Assembly: GCA_041492755.1 (NCBI GenBank)
Contig: JBGPXN010000167.1
Coordinates: 1-10,194, forward strand
From: Candidatus Methylomirabilia bacterium
GTDB lineage: Bacteria; Methylomirabilota; Methylomirabilia; Rokubacteriales; CSP1-6
Direction of reading: 5' to 3'
DNA length: 10,194 nt
Both the position numbers and the translations under genes were made by a program. Every line of letters begins with the position of its first letter. The stretch's first letter is position 1. Below, piece by piece: positions 7,532-10,194 of this stretch. The notes beneath the pieces are model-generated. The model saw nothing but the letters and a program-made list of their open reading frames with translations, was not told the origin of the DNA and searched no databases.

Positions 7532-8583
7532 GCCGGTAGGGCCTCCACGAACCGCTGCGCGACGCGGACGGCGTCGAAGGCCTCCACCCGGCGACGTCCC
7601 TCGTCGCCGAAGTCCTTGCGCAGGCCTTCGTTGACCAGCAGCGTCTCCAGGGCCATGGCGAGCTCATCGGGGCTGCGCGGGTTCACGAGAAACCCCGTCC
7701 GCCGGTCCTCGACGATCTCCGGCACCGCCGCCACCCGGCACGAAACGACCGGCAGTCCCGCGGCCATGGCCTCGGCGAACGCGAGACCGAAACCTTCCTG
7801 GACGGTGGGCAGACAAAAGCAGTCGGCACTGACGTATTCTACCGCCAGCGTCTCCATCGATACCTCGCCGAGAAACGTCACGGTGCCGCCCAGGCCGAGC
7901 TCGGTGTGCCGCGCCCGCAGCCGCCCCGACTCCGGGCCGTCGCCTACGATGCGGACGTCGACGTCGGGGATTCGCACGCGCAGCAGCGCGGCCGCCTCCA
8001 GGAGGTCTTCGAGGCGCTTGCGCGCGTACATCCGCGCCACGGCCAGCACGCGGGGACGCGTCGACGACGGGCGGCGAGCGGTGCTAAAGCGATGGCGCCA
8101 CTGGTCGAGGTCGATCGGCTCCGGCACGACCACGATCCGCTCACGCGGAAGATCGTACGCCGCCGCCGCCACCGAGGCCGAGTATCGGCTGGGAACGATG
8201 ACGCGGTCGGCCCGGTGCACGTTCGCGCGCTCCCATCGCGCCTGCACGGACAGCAGCGCACGCACCATGCCGCGCTCGTTGGTGAGCTCGTCGGCGATCA
8301 CGCCCTTGAGGCAGACGACGAAGGGCCGGCGCCGCCGGCGCGCCCACAGAAAACCGTCCAGGTCGATCCCGGCGATCACGTCCGCCCGCGGGGGCGCGAG
8401 CGCGACCCCGGCGTTGTACAGCCAGCGATCGAGCGTGTGGAAGCCGGTCCGGAAGCCGAGCGGTTGGAGCCAGGGCTCGTGGCCGAGTCGACGCAGCCCC
8501 CCGAGCAACCCATCGATGGCGGTGAAGGTGCCGCTGCCTTCGAGCGGATTGGCCGGGGTCGAGGAAAGGAAGGCGATCCGCAC
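7528..8583 (-). CDS. GT4 (GT-B fold) retaining glycosyltransferase, candidate pteridine glycosyltransferase
   Basis: MRIAFLSS N-terminus, ADRVIVPSRY, VARMYARKRL, IVGDGPE, EX7E motif EGFGLAFAE followed by AMAAGLPVV, PEIVEDRRTGFLVNP. The substrate assignment comes from gene context only. Confidence 0.93.
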   Translation of the reverse strand: MRIAFLSSTPANPLEGSGTFTAIDGLLGGLRRLGHEPWLQPLGFRTGFHTLDRWLYNAGVALAPPRADVIAGIDLDGFLWARRRRRPFVVCLKGVIADELTNERGMVRALLSVQARWERANVHRADRVIVPSRYSASVAAAAYDLPRERIVVVPEPIDLDQWRHRFSTARRPSSTRPRVLAVARMYARKRLEDLLEAAALLRVRIPDVDVRIVGDGPESGRLRARHTELGLGGTVTFLGEVSMETLAVEYVSADCFCLPTVQEGFGLAFAEAMAAGLPVVSCRVAAVPEIVEDRRTGFLVNPRSPDELAMALETLLVNEGLRKDFGDEGRRRVEAFDAVRVAQRFVEALPA

Positions 8584-8616
8584 GGCGGCGGCCGGGCGCG
8601 GCGCGCCGGATGCCGG

Positions 8617-9399
8617 TCAGCGCCCCAGGAACTTGGGCGGCCGCTTTTCCATGAAGGCGCGCGTGCCTTCCCGATAGTCGTCGCTCTCGAAGGCCTCCTG
8701 CGAAAGCTGCTTCAGCTCCTGGCGCCGCTCGGCGGGCAGCCCCTCGCGCCGGGCCTGCACGGTGAGCTTCGAGCCCCGGACCGACAGCGGCGCGTTATCG
8801 GCGACCTTGCGGAGATAGTCGTAGGTATAGGTCTCCAGCTCGCTGGCCGGCAGCAAGCGCTGGATGAACCCCATGTCGAGGGCCTCCCGGTCGCTCACCG
8901 TGCGCGCGGAGAACAGAATGTCCTTGGCGTAGGCGGGTCCCACCAGATCCACGAGCTGCCCGACGGCGTCGGCGCCGTAGATGATGCTCAGGCGTGCCGC
9001 CGGAATGCCGAACTTCGAGCCTTCGGCGGCGAAGCGCAGATCGCACGCCATCGCGACGGCCATCGCGCCGCCCATGCAGAAGCCGTAGATCATCGCCACC
9101 GTCGGCTTCGGCAAATCGTGGATGGCGGCGCGCGCGGCCTCGGTCTGGGCCCCGTATCGCCGGGAACTCTCCCGATCCTTGCGCTGCTCTTCGAACTCGG
9201 AAATGTCCGCGCCGGAGGCGAACGCCTGCTCTCCCGCCCCGCGATACACGACGGCCCGCACGGAGTCGTCCTTGGCGAGGCCCTCGGTCACGCGCGCGAT
9301 CTCCGCCCACATGGCGAAGCTGATCGCGTTGCGCATCTTGGGCCGGTTGAAGACGACGGTCGCGATCGGACCGTCCTGCTGGACGAGGATGTCGCTCAT
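8617..9399 (-). CDS. Enoyl-CoA hydratase/isomerase (crotonase) family protein
   Basis: FNRPKMRNAI, AFASGADISEF, KPTVAMIYGFCMGGA, ACDLRFA, DYREGTRAFMEKRPPKF. SD GAGGTG lies 5 nt before the ATG. Confidence 0.95.
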   Translation of the reverse strand: MSDILVQQDGPIATVVFNRPKMRNAISFAMWAEIARVTEGLAKDDSVRAVVYRGAGEQAFASGADISEFEEQRKDRESSRRYGAQTEAARAAIHDLPKPTVAMIYGFCMGGAMAVAMACDLRFAAEGSKFGIPAARLSIIYGADAVGQLVDLVGPAYAKDILFSARTVSDREALDMGFIQRLLPASELETYTYDYLRKVADNAPLSVRGSKLTVQARREGLPAERRQELKQLSQEAFESDDYREGTRAFMEKRPPKFLGR

Positions 9400-9429
9400 T
9401 TCGTCACCTCGAAGAGTCCGCGCATCGGA

Positions 9430-9499
9430 TGGTGGCAGTGGGAGGAATTGAACCTGACCCCGGCACCGACGATGCGGAGCTTACCACGCTGCCGCTGCC
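9430..9499 (-). pseudogene. Degenerate tRNA-like element / tRNA 3'-end remnant
   Basis: Minus strand GGCAGCG GC AGC-GTGGTAA-GCT CCGCA-TCGTCGG-TGCCG GGGTC AGG-TTCAATT-CCTCC CACTGCC A CCA. The T-loop is followed by the exact 5+7+1+CCA spacing, and the acceptor stem pairs 6/7. The T-stem 5' strand is 2 nt short and the anticodon loop is non-canonical. Confidence 0.55.
9478..9486 (-). promoter_or_regulatory. Possible extended -10 element (TG-G-TAAGCT) for the minus-strand gene run
   Basis: TGnTAnnnT pattern about 80 nt upstream of the crotonase ATG. The -35 (GTGAAG, 18-bp spacer) is weak. It coincides with the D-loop of the tRNA-like element. Confidence 0.3.
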
Positions 9500-9830
9500 G
9501 GCTTCACGGCGGAAGACCCCCGGCACCGACGGGGCCGCGCGATGATCGCCTCCAGCGCCGCGGCTCGAGTTCGATCGGCCTCCGTTCCCGGCCAGAACCA
9601 CGGTGGCGGGCACGCGTCGGATTCCCCGCCTCCGGCTCACGAGCGGCCCCCAGAGTCCGACCGCCGGCCGCGACGGCGCGTGGTGGCGCTTGAGCAGCGC
9701 GTCGGCCCGGTCGTGGCGCAGGAGCTCGCGGTCGTGCTGCGGCGGGGCGGACTGTGTGACGACGTCGAGCCGCCGAGGTTCCACGTCGTGATGCCGCGTC
9801 TCGGGGAGGACGACTGAGGCCCGAACCCGC

Positions 9831-9859
9831 TTGACCTGCCTCCGGCCCCGGCCTACGGT
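9831..9859 (+). promoter_or_regulatory. Putative sigma-70 promoter TTGACC-N17-TACGGT
   Basis: -35 matches 5/6, the spacer is exactly 17 bp, and the -10 keeps the conserved T, A and final T. Confidence 0.4.
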
Positions 9860-10194
9860 GACGAAGGAAAGACCGACCGCTATCCCGCGTTGGCGGCGGC
9901 GCTGGTGGCGCTCAAGGTCGACGTGATCGTAGCGGCGAGCACACCGGGGGCTGTGGCAGTCAGGCAGGCGACGAATACCATCCCCGTCGTCATGCTCGCG
10001 GTCAGTGATCCGGTAGGGTCCGGCCTCGTCGGGAGCCTCGCGCGTCCAAGCGGGAACATGACTGGATTATCGCTCCTCGCTCCGGCGTTGAGCGCGAAAC
10101 GCCTCGACCTCTTCAAGCAGGCCATGCCGAAGCTCGCGCGCGCGGCCGTACTCTGGAACACGGCGAACGCAGGCATGAGGCTCAGACCGCGAAG
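9854..10194 (+). pseudogene. 5'-truncated ABC transporter substrate-binding protein fragment (ABC_sub_bind/PF04392-like), runs off the window
   Basis: Not in the ORF track. Manual translation: YGDEGKTDRYPALAAALVALKVDVIVAASTPGAVAVRQATNTIPVVMLAVSDPVGSGLVGSLARPSGNMTGLSLLAPALSAKRLDLFKQAMPKLARAAVLWN. There is an in-frame TGA at 9815-9817, and no signal peptide or N-terminal region upstream. Confidence 0.8.

Noticed and set aside
9430..9499. Functional tRNA-Asp(GTC)
   Set aside because: The T-stem is truncated, the acceptor and anticodon stems have mismatches, U8 and U33 are missing, and the discriminator is A. Kept only as a degenerate element.
260..9693. Long plus-strand ORFs (476-1552, 1606-2904, 3028-4779, 7235-8677, 7906-9693 and others)
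   Set aside because: Antisense shadows of well-supported minus-strand genes in GC-rich DNA, with no recognisable motifs.
9404..9817. Small ORFs 9404-9784 (-), 9542-9817 (+) and 9603-9791 (+)
   Set aside because: No recognisable domain or clear SD, and they overlap each other and the crotonase leader. A small real gene or remnant in 9542-9817 cannot be excluded.
9880..10176. 98-aa minus-strand ORF
   Set aside because: It is antisense to the clearly homologous plus-strand substrate-binding-protein fragment.
1..10194. CRISPR array, IS/transposase, rRNA, sigma-54 -24/-12 promoter, intrinsic terminators
   Set aside because: Reading by eye found no regularly spaced repeats, transposase or integrase motifs, TGGCAC-N5-TTGC in the intergenic gaps, or hairpin followed by a U-tract.

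Overview
GC-rich bacterial DNA (about 70% GC by eye; style and the PF04392-type binding-protein fragment suggest Rokubacteria/Methylomirabilota, which is inference). Eleven closely packed minus-strand genes run right to left: crotonase-family protein, GT4 glycosyltransferase, two different PTPS/QueD-fold genes, folE, an SDR resembling bacterial sepiapterin reductase, an IscA/ErpA Fe-S carrier, a MoaD-MoaE fusion, tilS, an HtrA/DegP protease and a sigma-54 NtrC-family response regulator. The main finding is that GT4 + PTPS-a + PTPS-b + folE + SDR look like a complete, tightly coupled pathway from GTP to a tetrahydrobiopterin glycoside. The two PTPS genes match the two halves of the cyanobacterial tandem PTPS, and one lacks the catalytic Cys. 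Other observations: tilS appears to start at an ATA codon (the codon TilS enables), a degenerate tRNA-like element lies upstream of the first gene, a 10-codon mini-ORF bridges folE and the SDR, and a 5'-truncated ABC substrate-binding fragment lies at the right edge. All family comparisons are from recalled motifs; no searches were run.
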